A stretch of 64,000 nt of DNA from Candidatus Bathyarchaeota archaeon (GCA_963827165.1 CAWGZR010000005.1:224001-288000), one strand, 5' to 3'; shown: positions 10,081 to 20,107, counted from the first letter of the stretch. Translations and numbers: made by a program. The notes: generated by a model from the letters alone, not told the origin.

Positions 10081-10626
10081 TTAGATTAAAGGAAGCATTG
10101 ATTCCACTATAGCTCCGACAGCGAGTAGGGCAGCACAAACACCTATGAGGATCGCTACGTTTTTGAGTTCCCCGTAATTCTTCTGCATTAGCCTGCGAAA
10201 CAGCCAGATGCTTTCCGATATCGCTATTGAGTAGGCTGTAAATTCAATCCAAAATATCGGGTTTAGAAGTTCAGCTAAAAAGTAGATGAACGAGGGAATC
10301 CCCAATGTTTGAGATATGCCTCCTAAGTTGTAGCCTGTTGACGCGAAAGATACAACGCCGAATGTTGGTCCAACGATTGGGATGAACATGATTAGGCATA
10401 TCCGGAAATTGTTTAGAAAAATGAACTGAGGCACTGTTCCGCTTGCTTTCTCTTGACTAACTGTCTGGTTTAATTGATCGTATATTTGTGTTGCCGTGTT
10501 ATGGCTAATCGGAATCAAAGATCCGATGGCAGTTAACACAATAGCCGCTACAAGAACAAATAAGAACGTGTAGATTCTTTTTCGCCTTATTGAAGCCTTC
10601 GTCCAAAAGGACAAATCAAAGTTCAT
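10081..10626 (-). CDS. SpoIIM-family (DUF95) membrane protein, paralog 1
   Basis: IFLNNFR, IEFTAY, VGAIVES pattern; several TM segments. Confidence 0.75.
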   Translation of the reverse strand: MNFDLSFWTKASIRRKRIYTFLFVLVAAIVLTAIGSLIPISHNTATQIYDQLNQTVSQEKASGTVPQFIFLNNFRICLIMFIPIVGPTFGVVSFASTGYNLGGISQTLGIPSFIYFLAELLNPIFWIEFTAYSIAISESIWLFRRLMQKNYGELKNVAILIGVCAALLAVGAIVESMLPLI

Positions 10627-10982
10627 TTTCAGTCTTCTCTCGCTTTTTCGCAACATTTAACGTTGATTGGCAGTTCAGAGGGAGTACGAATTCCGCCAAT
10701 TTAAGTTTTCTTTTGAAACGCCAAAAACAAACACGGGAGTTTGTCACCAGAATTGTAGCGTTAGATCTAAAAGTCGCAAACCGAGAAGCAGGCTAATTCT
10801 CTATTCTTTTTAGACCTTGGTCAATATCGGTTATCTTTTCAACTATGGCTCGAGTAAAAGCAAAGTCCCGACATTTTTATCAAGATGACAATTTTTTTGG
10901 AGTTACCAAACACTATTTGCTAGCCTGCGTGCCGGATGGATGGCTCCTTGTACATCAACTTAGAAATTGGGAGAACAGAGGG

Positions 10983-11570
10983 TTAAAACCCAGCTTTTAT
11001 AGTTAAAGTCTCGATCACCGCGCCGACTATGAGCAGAATAGCCACTATTCCAATCAAGATTGCTAAATTCTTAAGTTCACGACGCCACGTACGCTGTGTT
11101 ATTCTGCGAAACAGCCAGATGCTTTCGCTCATACCTGTTGAGTAGGAAACGTATTCTATTGTGAAAACCACAGCGATGAGAGTTAACGCCAAAATTGCGG
11201 TTGACGGCGTCACGGCTGGAGTTGTCGCTCCTTGAAAGTTAGGGGAACTTTCTACCCTGAATTCAGCGCCTAAAGCAATGCCAGTGTCTAACATCACGAA
11301 TAGGCCGAAAACAGCTCCGAACAAGGGGATGAACATTCCCAAGCAAAGAGGGAAATTATTAAGAAAAATAGAAACTGCAAGCTGGACTGGTCCCAGTGTG
11401 GTGGTTTGGTTCACGTGGTTGTAGATCATCTGTGATTCTTGAGTACTTAGTGGCACAAAAATTCCGGCAATTGTCACAATGAAGGAGACGACGATGAACA
11501 AAATTACGAGGTAGATTCTTTTACGTTTTGAAGAAGCGTTTTTCCAAAAAGAAGGATAATCAAGATTCAT
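10983..11570 (-). CDS. SpoIIM-family (DUF95) membrane protein, paralog 2
   Basis: IFLNNFP, IEYVSY, VGAVIET; clearly similar to 10081..10626. Confidence 0.75.
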   Translation of the reverse strand: MNLDYPSFWKNASSKRKRIYLVILFIVVSFIVTIAGIFVPLSTQESQMIYNHVNQTTTLGPVQLAVSIFLNNFPLCLGMFIPLFGAVFGLFVMLDTGIALGAEFRVESSPNFQGATTPAVTPSTAILALTLIAVVFTIEYVSYSTGMSESIWLFRRITQRTWRRELKNLAILIGIVAILLIVGAVIETLTIKAGF

Positions 11571-11584
11571 AGGTCAATGTTCAC

Positions 11585-12277
11585 TCATTTCACTGGTTTG
11601 ATTTGTAGAGCGCGAAATCCTCTTGCACAAGGGTTTAGCGTCTCTGTCAATTTAACCTTTCTTAAAATATCTTCAGCGTCCACGGCGAAACTCCTAACGT
11701 CATGTTCCGCGGCTATGAGAGAGTAAAGATAAACCCGGTTATCATGTAGTCTCGGCTGGCACATCACAGGTAGCCCCAACACCAAGGGTTTGCCTTCATC
11801 AACTGTTTTCTTGCAAGCAAACAAAATAGCCTCGGACCCAGCGGTTAACTCGGCGATTCTCACAGGGACGCTTTCTTTGCCGATGGCTAACATATCGATG
11901 CCGTGAACACGTTTGATTTCAGCTGCAACTTTTCTAAGCTGTGGAAGTATTTTGAGGATGTTTTTCCTCCCAGTTCTTGATGCACGTATGTTCACAAGTT
12001 CAACAGGAGATAGCTCTTCAATCGACACTCCTCCAAGTGACATATCCAAGTGGACGACGTCAGCTTTCATTTTGTCGAGCAAGCTTCTGCAAAGTTCAGC
12101 CTCGTGAACTATAACTTCAAAGCCGATTTCGACTTCTCTGAAAATTGGTTCAGCCAACCTGTATGATGGCTCCCTGTAAGGTGGTTCCACGAGTACTGAG
12201 GCGGAAGCAATAAGGAAACGCGGGTTGTATTGTTCGTCAAGTATCGCAGCCGCCGAATCCGCTGAAATAATCCTCAA
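11585..12277 (-). CDS. DUF4152-family protein
   Basis: MRIISADSAAAILD, VVHLDMSLGG, AIGKESVPVRIAEL typical of this archaeal family. Confidence 0.75.
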   Translation of the reverse strand: MRIISADSAAAILDEQYNPRFLIASASVLVEPPYREPSYRLAEPIFREVEIGFEVIVHEAELCRSLLDKMKADVVHLDMSLGGVSIEELSPVELVNIRASRTGRKNILKILPQLRKVAAEIKRVHGIDMLAIGKESVPVRIAELTAGSEAILFACKKTVDEGKPLVLGLPVMCQPRLHDNRVYLYSLIAAEHDVRSFAVDAEDILRKVKLTETLNPCARGFRALQIKPVK

Positions 12278-12338
12278 ATCTTCACCAACGCAAAGATTAT
12301 GTCGCGGGTGAAAAATAGGTTGCTCTCTTTGCTGTTGC

Positions 12339-12953
12339 TTATTTTAGGCATAAGGCCAAAATGTACATTTCTGAGCTTTTAGAGCGGCTTGCCTGAGGTT
12401 TAACGATCTTGACCGTTTCGAAACTTGCTTTTACTGTTTCAATGAACTCGTCAAGCAAGTCTCCTTGGAATACTTTTACAAAGAAGCTTCCTGAGGGACG
12501 CAACAGACATTGTGCGATTCCCAGGGCTCTTGTGGCTAAGTCGATTTGCCTTGCATGGTCAACTTCCCAAATCCCCGTAACGTTGGGCGCCGCATCACAA
12601 ATCACGGCGTCTGCTTTGCGGGGCAGAAAAGAGAGTATCTGTTGTACAATGTCTGGGTCAGTCATATCTGCAATTATCGTTCGAATGTACTCTTGCGTGA
12701 AAGGTTCAATTGGTTTAAGGTCAACGCCTAAAACAAAACCGTGGCTCCCAGTCATTTTCCTGGCGGCTTGAATCCACCCGCCTGGGGCTGCGCCTAAATC
12801 AACTACGACATCGTTTCTTTTTATGAACTGGTATTTATCGTTAGCTTGAACCAACTTGTATGTGGATCTTGAACGGTAGTTTTCTGCTTTTGCTTTTTTA
12901 TAGTAATATTCATTTTTTCTATCTCGGATCCAAGCCTTCGGCAACGGAGTCAT
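12339..12953 (-). CDS. rlmE: 23S rRNA Um2552 2'-O-methyltransferase RlmE/RrmJ
   Basis: YRSRS.YKL, VVDLGAAPGGW, CDAAP, KVFQG, KPQASRSKSSE. Confidence 0.95.
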   Translation of the reverse strand: MTPLPKAWIRDRKNEYYYKKAKAENYRSRSTYKLVQANDKYQFIKRNDVVVDLGAAPGGWIQAARKMTGSHGFVLGVDLKPIEPFTQEYIRTIIADMTDPDIVQQILSFLPRKADAVICDAAPNVTGIWEVDHARQIDLATRALGIAQCLLRPSGSFFVKVFQGDLLDEFIETVKASFETVKIVKPQASRSKSSEMYILALCLK

Positions 12954-13383
12954 CAGCCTCTTCTTCTATGTCTTGCACGCTTGGATCAGGCACAGGTGCG
13001 GGTTCTGCTACCGCGGGTGCTGTTTCAGCGGGTTCTTTTCCTAAGGAAATTATCCAGTCTGTTAGCCTTGGGCAGCTTTTTGGAGAAATAGCCGTCGTTG
13101 GGTCGCATCTTGCGTTGTCCGGGCAAAGTAAACATGGGCAATCAATGATGGTTTGGATCGAGGCGGGAAGCCTTTTGGGGTAAAGCCGATAGGTCCATCT
13201 GCCTTCCTGGAGCTCTTTTTCGCGACGGATCAGCCCTTTTTCTTCAAGTTTAATGGAGACCCTTGAGCCTTCCCGGCTGCTTGCGCCAAGTTCACGCCAT
13301 AAATCAGATTGGAGCACGCCTTGATAGCCTGTGTTAACTACATAATGGAGTGCTTTCTGTTCAAGGTCATTACGTTTAGGCAT
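12919..13383 (-). CDS. Transcription factor E beta subunit-like (RPC34/RPC39 homolog): winged helix plus Fe-S cysteine cluster
   Basis: GVLQSDLWREL..KLEEKGLIRRE wHTH, then CPCLLC-x5-C-x10-C..LTDW. Confidence 0.75.
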   Translation of the reverse strand: MPKRNDLEQKALHYVVNTGYQGVLQSDLWRELGASSREGSRVSIKLEEKGLIRREKELQEGRWTYRLYPKRLPASIQTIIDCPCLLCPDNARCDPTTAISPKSCPRLTDWIISLGKEPAETAPAVAEPAPVPDPSVQDIEEEADDSVAEGLDPR

Positions 13384-13468
13384 CTACTATCAATTCCAAA
13401 TAATGCAATTAGAATATAAGCGTTGAATCCAGATAAAAATATGTATCCCTCAATAAAGTTGGAATCCG

Positions 13469-14500
13469 ATGAAAAACATGCCTCAACAGCCGAAAAATAA
13501 TCGACGCTACTGTTTAGGGATTGAATCCTCAGCAGACGACTTCGGCGTCGGTGTAGCAACCTTCAACGGAGAAATACTTTCCAACAAGTCAGACAGCTAC
13601 ATACCGGCGGAAGGCGGGATTCACCCTCGGGAAGCTGCACGCCATCATGCCGAAGTCGCCGACAAAGTGGTTAAAGAAGCCCTAACCTCAGCAGGCATCA
13701 AGCCGCATGAGTTGTCAGTCATAGCATTTTCTCAGGGTCCAGGTTTAGGACCAAGCCTGCGAACAGGAGCCACTGTCGCCCGCGCCTTAGCTTCCTACCT
13801 CGAGATTCCCCTTGTCGGCGTCAACCACTCAGTCGCGCACATCGAAATTGGAAAATTGAAAACCGGTGCCACTGATCCAGTGACCCTTTATGCTTCAGGG
13901 GGCAACACTATGGTAACCGCGTTTGAAGCGGGACGCTACCGGGTTTTCGGCGAAACACTTGATATTGCACTTGGAAACTGCTTGGATGTTTTCGCACGTG
14001 AAGCAGGGCTTAGGCACCGCAAAGGTTTGCCACTTGGCGCCTCTGTGGAGCAGTTGGCAGTCGAAGGCAAAAAATTGGTTTCCCTACCCTACGTTGTGAA
14101 GGGCATGGATTTTTCTCTCAGCGGCTTATTGACAGCGGCAACCGCGATGTTGCATAAGGATTGCCAGATTGAGGATTTGTGCTTTAGCCTACAGGAACAT
14201 GCGTTTTCAATGGTTACTGAGGTCACTGAGCGTGCGTTGGCCCACACGGAGAAAAAAGAAGTTTTGCTAACGGGCGGCGTAGCCGCTAACAACCGTTTGC
14301 AATCCATGCTTGGCGTTATATCAAAGGAGCATGACGCAGCTTTCAAAGTAGTCCCGCTTGAGTTCGCTACCGACAATGGCGCCATGATTGCTTGGACAGG
14401 AATTTTAGCCTATACGCATGGGTTGACTACCCCGTTGGCTGAGAGCTTCGTGAGGCTTCGATGGCGGGTGGATAAGGTGGATGTGCCATGGACTCAGTAG
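13469..14500 (+). CDS. kae1: KEOPS t6A synthase Kae1
   Basis: LGIESSA, GGIHP, GPGLGP, HSVAHIE, GETLDIA, TDNGAMIAW. Confidence 0.96.
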   Translation: MKNMPQQPKNNRRYCLGIESSADDFGVGVATFNGEILSNKSDSYIPAEGGIHPREAARHHAEVADKVVKEALTSAGIKPHELSVIAFSQGPGLGPSLRTGATVARALASYLEIPLVGVNHSVAHIEIGKLKTGATDPVTLYASGGNTMVTAFEAGRYRVFGETLDIALGNCLDVFAREAGLRHRKGLPLGASVEQLAVEGKKLVSLPYVVKGMDFSLSGLLTAATAMLHKDCQIEDLCFSLQEHAFSMVTEVTERALAHTEKKEVLLTGGVAANNRLQSMLGVISKEHDAAFKVVPLEFATDNGAMIAWTGILAYTHGLTTPLAESFVRLRWRVDKVDVPWTQ

Positions 14501-15147
14501 CTGAGAAATTTCTGATGAAGAAAGGGGCGGAAGCCAGCCTTTATTCAGCTGAGTGGCATGGACTCAAAGTCGTAATTAAAGTGCGAATCCCAAAAGAATA
14601 TCGCCCAGAAGCGTTAGACATGAAGATTCGAACGTACCGCACGGTGCATGAGCCGCAGCTGATGCATGAAGCCAAAGTCGCTGGTGTGCCGACACCACTG
14701 GTCTACATTGTTAACGTCCCAGAAGCCTCAATCACTATGCAGTACATTGAAGGCAAACAGATCAAGCAAATGATAAACAACGCTTCAGAAGACAGCCGGC
14801 GGGAACTTTGCGTTTCAATTGGAGAATTAATCGCCAAGCTCCACAGGCAAGGCTTAATCCACGGTGATCTAACGACTTCAAACATGATTCTAAATCCCGA
14901 AGGCAAAATTTTCTTCGTTGACTTCGGCCTGGGCGAAAAAAACAGCGAAGTCGAAGCTCGAGGCGTAGATTTGCATTTGATGAAACGGGCGTTGCAGAGC
15001 ACACATTACCAGTTTTGGGAGGAATGCTTCAGAAACGTGCTCGCTGGGTATTCATCAGTTTTGGGTACTGAAGCCGCAGAAAAGGTTTATCTGAAAATAA
15101 GGGAAATAGAGAGGCGTGGGCGCTATGTCGAAGAAAGAAAGCAATGA
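14488..15147 (+). CDS. bud32: KEOPS kinase Bud32
   Basis: KGAEA, IHGDLTTSN, VDFGL, IERRGRY. Confidence 0.95.
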   Translation: MDSVAEKFLMKKGAEASLYSAEWHGLKVVIKVRIPKEYRPEALDMKIRTYRTVHEPQLMHEAKVAGVPTPLVYIVNVPEASITMQYIEGKQIKQMINNASEDSRRELCVSIGELIAKLHRQGLIHGDLTTSNMILNPEGKIFFVDFGLGEKNSEVEARGVDLHLMKRALQSTHYQFWEECFRNVLAGYSSVLGTEAAEKVYLKIREIERRGRYVEERKQ

Positions 15148-15760
15148 CCAAGGCTGTGAGATTACAGAAAAGGTTGTCTTTTTTGCTACAGGCAACATCC
15201 ACAAGTTCAACGAAGCCAAAATCATTCTTGGCACCTTCGGGTTTGCCGTGGCGATGCTTAAAGTTAAGGGCGAAGAGATCCAAAGTGACAGCTTGCAAGA
15301 AATCGCTGAGGCCTCGGTCATAAATGCTTACCGGCGCACTGGGCTTCCGATATTTGTGGAGGATGCTGGGCTCTTCATCAATGCTCTCAAAGGGTTTCCC
15401 GGACCCTATGCATCTTACGCCTACAAGACAATCCATAACAAAGGCATCCTCCGTTTGATGGAAAACGTCAAGGATAGAAACGCGCAATTCCAATCAGTTA
15501 TAGCCTATATAGACGAAGGTCTGCATGAACCGCAATGCTTCAGCGGCGAATCAATAGGCGAAATAACCCAAACTGAACGAAAAACAGCTGGAAAGGCCGC
15601 GTTTGGCTTCGATCCGATCTTTCAGCCAGCGGGATCCCGCAGATCGTTTGCCGAAATGACAATTGAAGAGAAAAACGGTTTCTCGCACAGGGCCAAAGCA
15701 ATTGAAAAGTTTGCAGAATGGTACAAAACCCAAAGATTGCCACGTAGCGTAATAGTTTAA
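15116..15760 (+). CDS. rdgB: Non-canonical purine NTP pyrophosphatase (RdgB/HAM1)
   Basis: ATGNIHK, EDAGL, GFPGPY, FGFDPIF, SHRAKA; exact start uncertain. Confidence 0.93.
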   Translation: MGAMSKKESNDQGCEITEKVVFFATGNIHKFNEAKIILGTFGFAVAMLKVKGEEIQSDSLQEIAEASVINAYRRTGLPIFVEDAGLFINALKGFPGPYASYAYKTIHNKGILRLMENVKDRNAQFQSVIAYIDEGLHEPQCFSGESIGEITQTERKTAGKAAFGFDPIFQPAGSRRSFAEMTIEEKNGFSHRAKAIEKFAEWYKTQRLPRSVIV

Positions 15761-15837
15761 ATTCGGTTTTTTTCACGAGTGGGATTACTTTTAAATATTG
15801 GCTCAGTGTGGTTTAGGTGCAGTTTAAGGTGTAAAGT

Positions 15838-16278
15838 TTGCCAAAGCAGGAAAAAGGAAAATCCCATTCAATTCGCCCAGTCAGCAGGCGTCCTCCAAGC
15901 TGGTGCAAATATCAGCCTGAAGAAGTGGAATCATTCATAATAAAATTGGCTAAAGAAGGCCATTCAATGAGCAGCATAGGCACAATTCTTAGGGATCAAT
16001 ACGCGATTCCCCTCGTAAAACCAGTCGTAGGCAAAAGCATAAGCGACGTCCTGGAAAGCGCGGGGTTGGCTCCAACTATGCCTGAGGACTTAACGAACCT
16101 TATGAAGAAAGCGCAAAGCCTCGCAGTTCACCTCGACAAAAACAAGAAGGACCTGCATAACAAACGCAACATGCAAATCATCGAAGCAAGAATCCACAAG
16201 CTCTCGCGATATTACAAACGCGAAGGCGTCATAGCCAAAAACTGGAAGTACGAAGCAAAAATCGCGTCCGTAACCTAA
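15838..16278 (+). CDS. rps15: 30S ribosomal protein S15 (uS15)
   Basis: GKSHS.RP, IGTILRDQY, PEDL, IEARIHKLSRYYK. Confidence 0.96.
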   Translation: MPKQEKGKSHSIRPVSRRPPSWCKYQPEEVESFIIKLAKEGHSMSSIGTILRDQYAIPLVKPVVGKSISDVLESAGLAPTMPEDLTNLMKKAQSLAVHLDKNKKDLHNKRNMQIIEARIHKLSRYYKREGVIAKNWKYEAKIASVT

Positions 16279-16371
16279 ACGCTCCAACCAATTTTTTGAT
16301 CTATTTTCGGTTTTGGGTCAATGCCTAGCTTTAAATGTAATCACGCATTTTAGCCAAAGAGTGAAATCCAA

Positions 16372-17838
16372 ATGGCTATGCAGCAAGAACCAATCGACCG
16401 CTTCTTAGCCCAGGCAGCGGAAGCATCCAAATCAATCTTGGAAACAGCCAAAAAAGACGGCTTCATCCATGTCTTCTCGCATCTGGATGCCGACGGAATT
16501 GCAGCGGCAGGTGTAATTGGAAAAACCTTGTTCAGACTCAACGCCAAATTTAGAATCAGGATTACTCAGCAGCTTGACGAAAAAATCGTCGGTGAAATAG
16601 TCGCTGATAAACCGCAGCTTGTGATTTTCACAGATTTCGGAAGCGGGAATCTTAACCTCTTAAACAAGAAGATCCCAAACTCAAAAACGTTAATCCTTGA
16701 CCATCACCAGCCAAACGGAAACTCAAACAACACCAATTTCGTTCAAGTTAATCCGCATATGTTCGGAATCGACGGCGCATCCGACGTCAGCGGCTCAGGA
16801 GTCGCTTACTTCGTGTCCAAAGCAGTAGATCCCAAAAACGTCGATTTAGCCACTGTAGCTTTAGTCGGCGCGCTTGGTGATATGCAGGACAAGTACGATC
16901 AGAGAAGACTATGCAGCCTCAATGAGATAATCGTTGATGATGGAGTCGCTGCCGGCTTGCTAAAGGTTGAAAAGGATTTAACGTTCTTCGGCAGGGAAAC
17001 CCGACCGATCTACAAAATGCTTGCAACCACAACAAACCCGTTTATTCCCGGCTTGAGCGGCGAAGAAGACAAAGCCTTAGCCTTTCTTGCGAGCCTGAAT
17101 ATCCCGCTTAAGAAAGATGACAGGCCACGGGCACTATGCGACTTAAACGATGATGAAAGGAAAAGGTTGTGCTCTGCGCTTGCCGATCATTTGCTGTCTA
17201 AGGGGCTGCACATGGAAGTTGAGAACCTCATCGGCTGCATTTACGTTTTGACTAAAGAAGAACCCAACACGGCGTTGCGCGACGCAAGGGAATTCGCAGT
17301 TTTGCTGAACTCAACGGGGCGAATGGACAAACCAAGTCTAGGCATTGCAATCTGCATGGGCGACCGCAAAGCTGCCCTGGAAGAAGCCAACAAGATCCTT
17401 GAAGACTACCGCAAAAACATCAACAAATACCTCAGCTGGGTAGCGGAAAAACCCGAGCGCATGCGCGAACTCGACAGCATATACGTCATCTACGGCGAGA
17501 GCTTCATCAACGAAAAAATCATAGGAACCGTCTCATCCATAATAGTTTCAAGCCTGGCTAACAACGAAAAACCCCTTATAGCGTTCGCCAACGTCGAGAA
17601 GGAGGAGGCAGCTAAATTTTCTTCCAGAACCACCGAGGCAGCGATTCGCAAAGGAGTAAACTTGGGTGAGGTCATGCGGCTGGCTTCGGAAATGCATGAG
17701 GGCAAAGGCGGGGGACACAATATTGCCGCAGGAGCTCAGGTGCCGCTTGACGAGATTAACGGATTCATCAAAGATGTTAACGAATTGGTTGGCAAACAGT
17801 TGAAGGGAGAAAAGATTGGAAGCCACAATAACGCTTGA
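16372..17838 (+). CDS. DHH/DHHA1 phosphoesterase (RecJ-like)
   Basis: HLDADG, TDFGSG, LDHH, GALGDMQD, GGGHNIAAGA; conserved position after uS15. Confidence 0.9.
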   Translation: MAMQQEPIDRFLAQAAEASKSILETAKKDGFIHVFSHLDADGIAAAGVIGKTLFRLNAKFRIRITQQLDEKIVGEIVADKPQLVIFTDFGSGNLNLLNKKIPNSKTLILDHHQPNGNSNNTNFVQVNPHMFGIDGASDVSGSGVAYFVSKAVDPKNVDLATVALVGALGDMQDKYDQRRLCSLNEIIVDDGVAAGLLKVEKDLTFFGRETRPIYKMLATTTNPFIPGLSGEEDKALAFLASLNIPLKKDDRPRALCDLNDDERKRLCSALADHLLSKGLHMEVENLIGCIYVLTKEEPNTALRDAREFAVLLNSTGRMDKPSLGIAICMGDRKAALEEANKILEDYRKNINKYLSWVAEKPERMRELDSIYVIYGESFINEKIIGTVSSIIVSSLANNEKPLIAFANVEKEEAAKFSSRTTEAAIRKGVNLGEVMRLASEMHEGKGGGHNIAAGAQVPLDEINGFIKDVNELVGKQLKGEKIGSHNNA

Positions 17839-18061
17839 GTACGCTGACGAGAAGCATGCAGAAGCGGTTGCCAACGCCGTTTCGCCAGACAATTTTAAAA
17901 CGCCACTCAAATTAGCCGTGAAAACCATGCTGAAGAAGAAAAAAGTGATCACAGTGATTCAATGTGAAAGCAAACTCGCCACTTTCACTGCAACAATTGA
18001 CGATTTGCTTTTCAGCGCAACCACAGCCGAAAAGGCGCTTAAAGCGTTTACAAAGATCTAG
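17816..18061 (+). CDS. pcc1: KEOPS subunit Pcc1
   Basis: AVSPDN, FTATIDDLL; conserved S15-DHH-Pcc1 order. Confidence 0.85.
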   Translation: MEATITLEYADEKHAEAVANAVSPDNFKTPLKLAVKTMLKKKKVITVIQCESKLATFTATIDDLLFSATTAEKALKAFTKI

Positions 18062-18065
18062 AAGC

Positions 18066-18128
18066 CAGAAAACAACGACAGATAGCGCCGCGGTTTGGGC
18101 AGTTGCTGCTCCAAAGCCCCACGGTTCT
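18066..18128 (-). ncRNA. Candidate small structured RNA (bulged hairpin)
   Basis: Minus strand CCGUGG-ggc-UUUGG-a-GCAG-caa-CUGC-CCAAA-CCGCGG; upstream TATTTAGA, downstream U-rich tract. Confidence 0.3.
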
Positions 18129-18226
18129 GATTGCTTGGGTCAAGTTCTAAATACACCCTGCTTTACTGTAAAGTAAATAAATAAGGGAAGACAACATTAA
18201 CCAAACTTCCACTCGGGTGTATTCGA

Positions 18227-20047
18227 TTGAAACGAATAAATGCAGTATTGATGATTACGGTTTCATTGTTAATGGTTTTCCTGCCTTTTGCTTTGTCGGG
18301 AATGGCTTTTGCCCAAACCTCAGGCTACACTGTCACGCAGGTTAACCATCAGATTCAAGTTTTGTACAGTGGACAAGTTATCATTCAAGACACAGTTTAT
18401 GTTTCGGGGCAAGTAACCGACGGCTTCACCATCGCGCTTCCTGCCCAATTCAGCGCTGACATCCTCAGTGCTGTGGCTTATGATTCAACCCATGTTTATC
18501 AGGTTAACCTTGGGGTGCAATTAGGTGACCGAAGCCTGTTTTACGGTGCTGAAGTCAACTTTAACGGGCAAACACCAAGCGTCTTCACGGTAGCATTTGT
18601 TCTCTCAAGTGGCGTGCTCAAACAAGTTGACTCGGGCACTTATTCGCTTAGTTTTCCTGCTTATCCGGGTTTAACAGAAAACGTTGGCAGCTGCAACGTA
18701 ACCCTAGTTTTTCCAGCCGCTCCAACTTTTATAGCCATTACTAAAAGCGACGGAAACGTCAACACCGAAAACTATGTCACACCAAATCTTGCGGCATACA
18801 CTTATTCCCCCGCAACTGCTGCGTTTCAAGTTAACAACGGTACCATCCAGATGGCTGACATAACCAATTTGGATCGCCAAATAAACATTGATCCAACAGG
18901 CAAAGTAAGCGCTTCAGACACATACAGGATCGTCGACAACTCGACCCTTTCGATGGATTCTTTTCTTTTGGACTTACCTATAAACGCCAAAAACGTAGCG
19001 ATAAAAGATGCAAGTGGTTCGACGCTCACAATTGCAAGCAACCAAAAAGTCAACGGGGCTCTGCAGGAAAATACCACTTTAATCACGCTCGTTGCAAGCG
19101 GCCAATCCGCTACCCTAACAGCCAGCTACAATCTGCCCAGTGCAACCGTCAAAGGATCCCAGTACACGCTCAGCAACTTGCAGCTTTTACCATATATCAA
19201 CTATTACGTTCAGCAAGCAACCTTCACAATTAACCCGCCTCAAGGAGCAAAGATTGTAACGCCTCAGTTATCCTCGATTGATGTATCCAGCACCCTCACA
19301 AGAACCGTCTTCCAAGATACCCTGACCCTAACAGGAAACGGAATAAGCTTCCTAAACTACGTCATGCCGCAGAGCAACACCATCCAATTCTCTTACACAT
19401 ACAATCCAATATGGGTCTCCTTCATGCCTACGTTTTGGCTTTCATTCGTAGCGGTCATCGGATGCATAGGCGCTGTTGTCTACCAGAAACGCAAACCAGG
19501 CGAAAGGCAACCAACGTTCAGAAAGATAAAGACTCCAGCTTCAAAGCCTAGCACCGAACCATTAGAAGAAGAGCAAATAGCAACTGTTGAACCCAAAGGT
19601 GCCCCGGCTGCCTCCGTCCAACGGCTCACTGGGAGCAGCGTCAGAGAATTCACCGACTCTTACGAGGACAAAAAACGCTTGAACGAAGAACTCCGATCTT
19701 TGGATTTAAGGGCACAGAAAGGAAAGATTCCAAGACGCCAATACAAGGTTCAACGAAGCGCAATAGAGACTCGCCTGGAAAATCTTTCGCGGAACACGCA
19801 GAGGACAAAGGAAATGCTCAAGAGTTCAGGCGGTGTCTATGCAGACTTAATCAAGCAACTTGACGCCGCAGAAGAAGACCTCGCGGAAGCTGAAGAAGAC
19901 ATTAAGAACTTGGAAGACCAGCAGAGCAAAGGCGAAATCTCAATAGAAGCTTATAAGAAAGACATTGGGGACTACCAGAAACACCGAGACAAAGCTGAAT
20001 CAACTCTTAACGGAATCTTGCTCAGATTACGTGAAAAATCACGCTAA
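18227..20047 (+). CDS. Type I membrane protein with ribophorin-I-like architecture
   Basis: Signal peptide, two similar beta-rich modules, one TM (FWLSFVAVIGCIGAVVY), helical/coiled cytoplasmic tail. Confidence 0.6.
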   Translation: MKRINAVLMITVSLLMVFLPFALSGMAFAQTSGYTVTQVNHQIQVLYSGQVIIQDTVYVSGQVTDGFTIALPAQFSADILSAVAYDSTHVYQVNLGVQLGDRSLFYGAEVNFNGQTPSVFTVAFVLSSGVLKQVDSGTYSLSFPAYPGLTENVGSCNVTLVFPAAPTFIAITKSDGNVNTENYVTPNLAAYTYSPATAAFQVNNGTIQMADITNLDRQINIDPTGKVSASDTYRIVDNSTLSMDSFLLDLPINAKNVAIKDASGSTLTIASNQKVNGALQENTTLITLVASGQSATLTASYNLPSATVKGSQYTLSNLQLLPYINYYVQQATFTINPPQGAKIVTPQLSSIDVSSTLTRTVFQDTLTLTGNGISFLNYVMPQSNTIQFSYTYNPIWVSFMPTFWLSFVAVIGCIGAVVYQKRKPGERQPTFRKIKTPASKPSTEPLEEEQIATVEPKGAPAASVQRLTGSSVREFTDSYEDKKRLNEELRSLDLRAQKGKIPRRQYKVQRSAIETRLENLSRNTQRTKEMLKSSGGVYADLIKQLDAAEEDLAEAEEDIKNLEDQQSKGEISIEAYKKDIGDYQKHRDKAESTLNGILLRLREKSR

Positions 20048-20107
20048 AACACCTAAAACCTTTTATTTTACTCACGAGCTTTTCAAGAAAATTAGAGGTA
20101 GACAAAA

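Noticed and set aside
10081-11570. SpoIIM-like genes as evidence of sporulation
   Set aside because: The family is widespread in non-sporulating prokaryotes and no other sporulation genes are present
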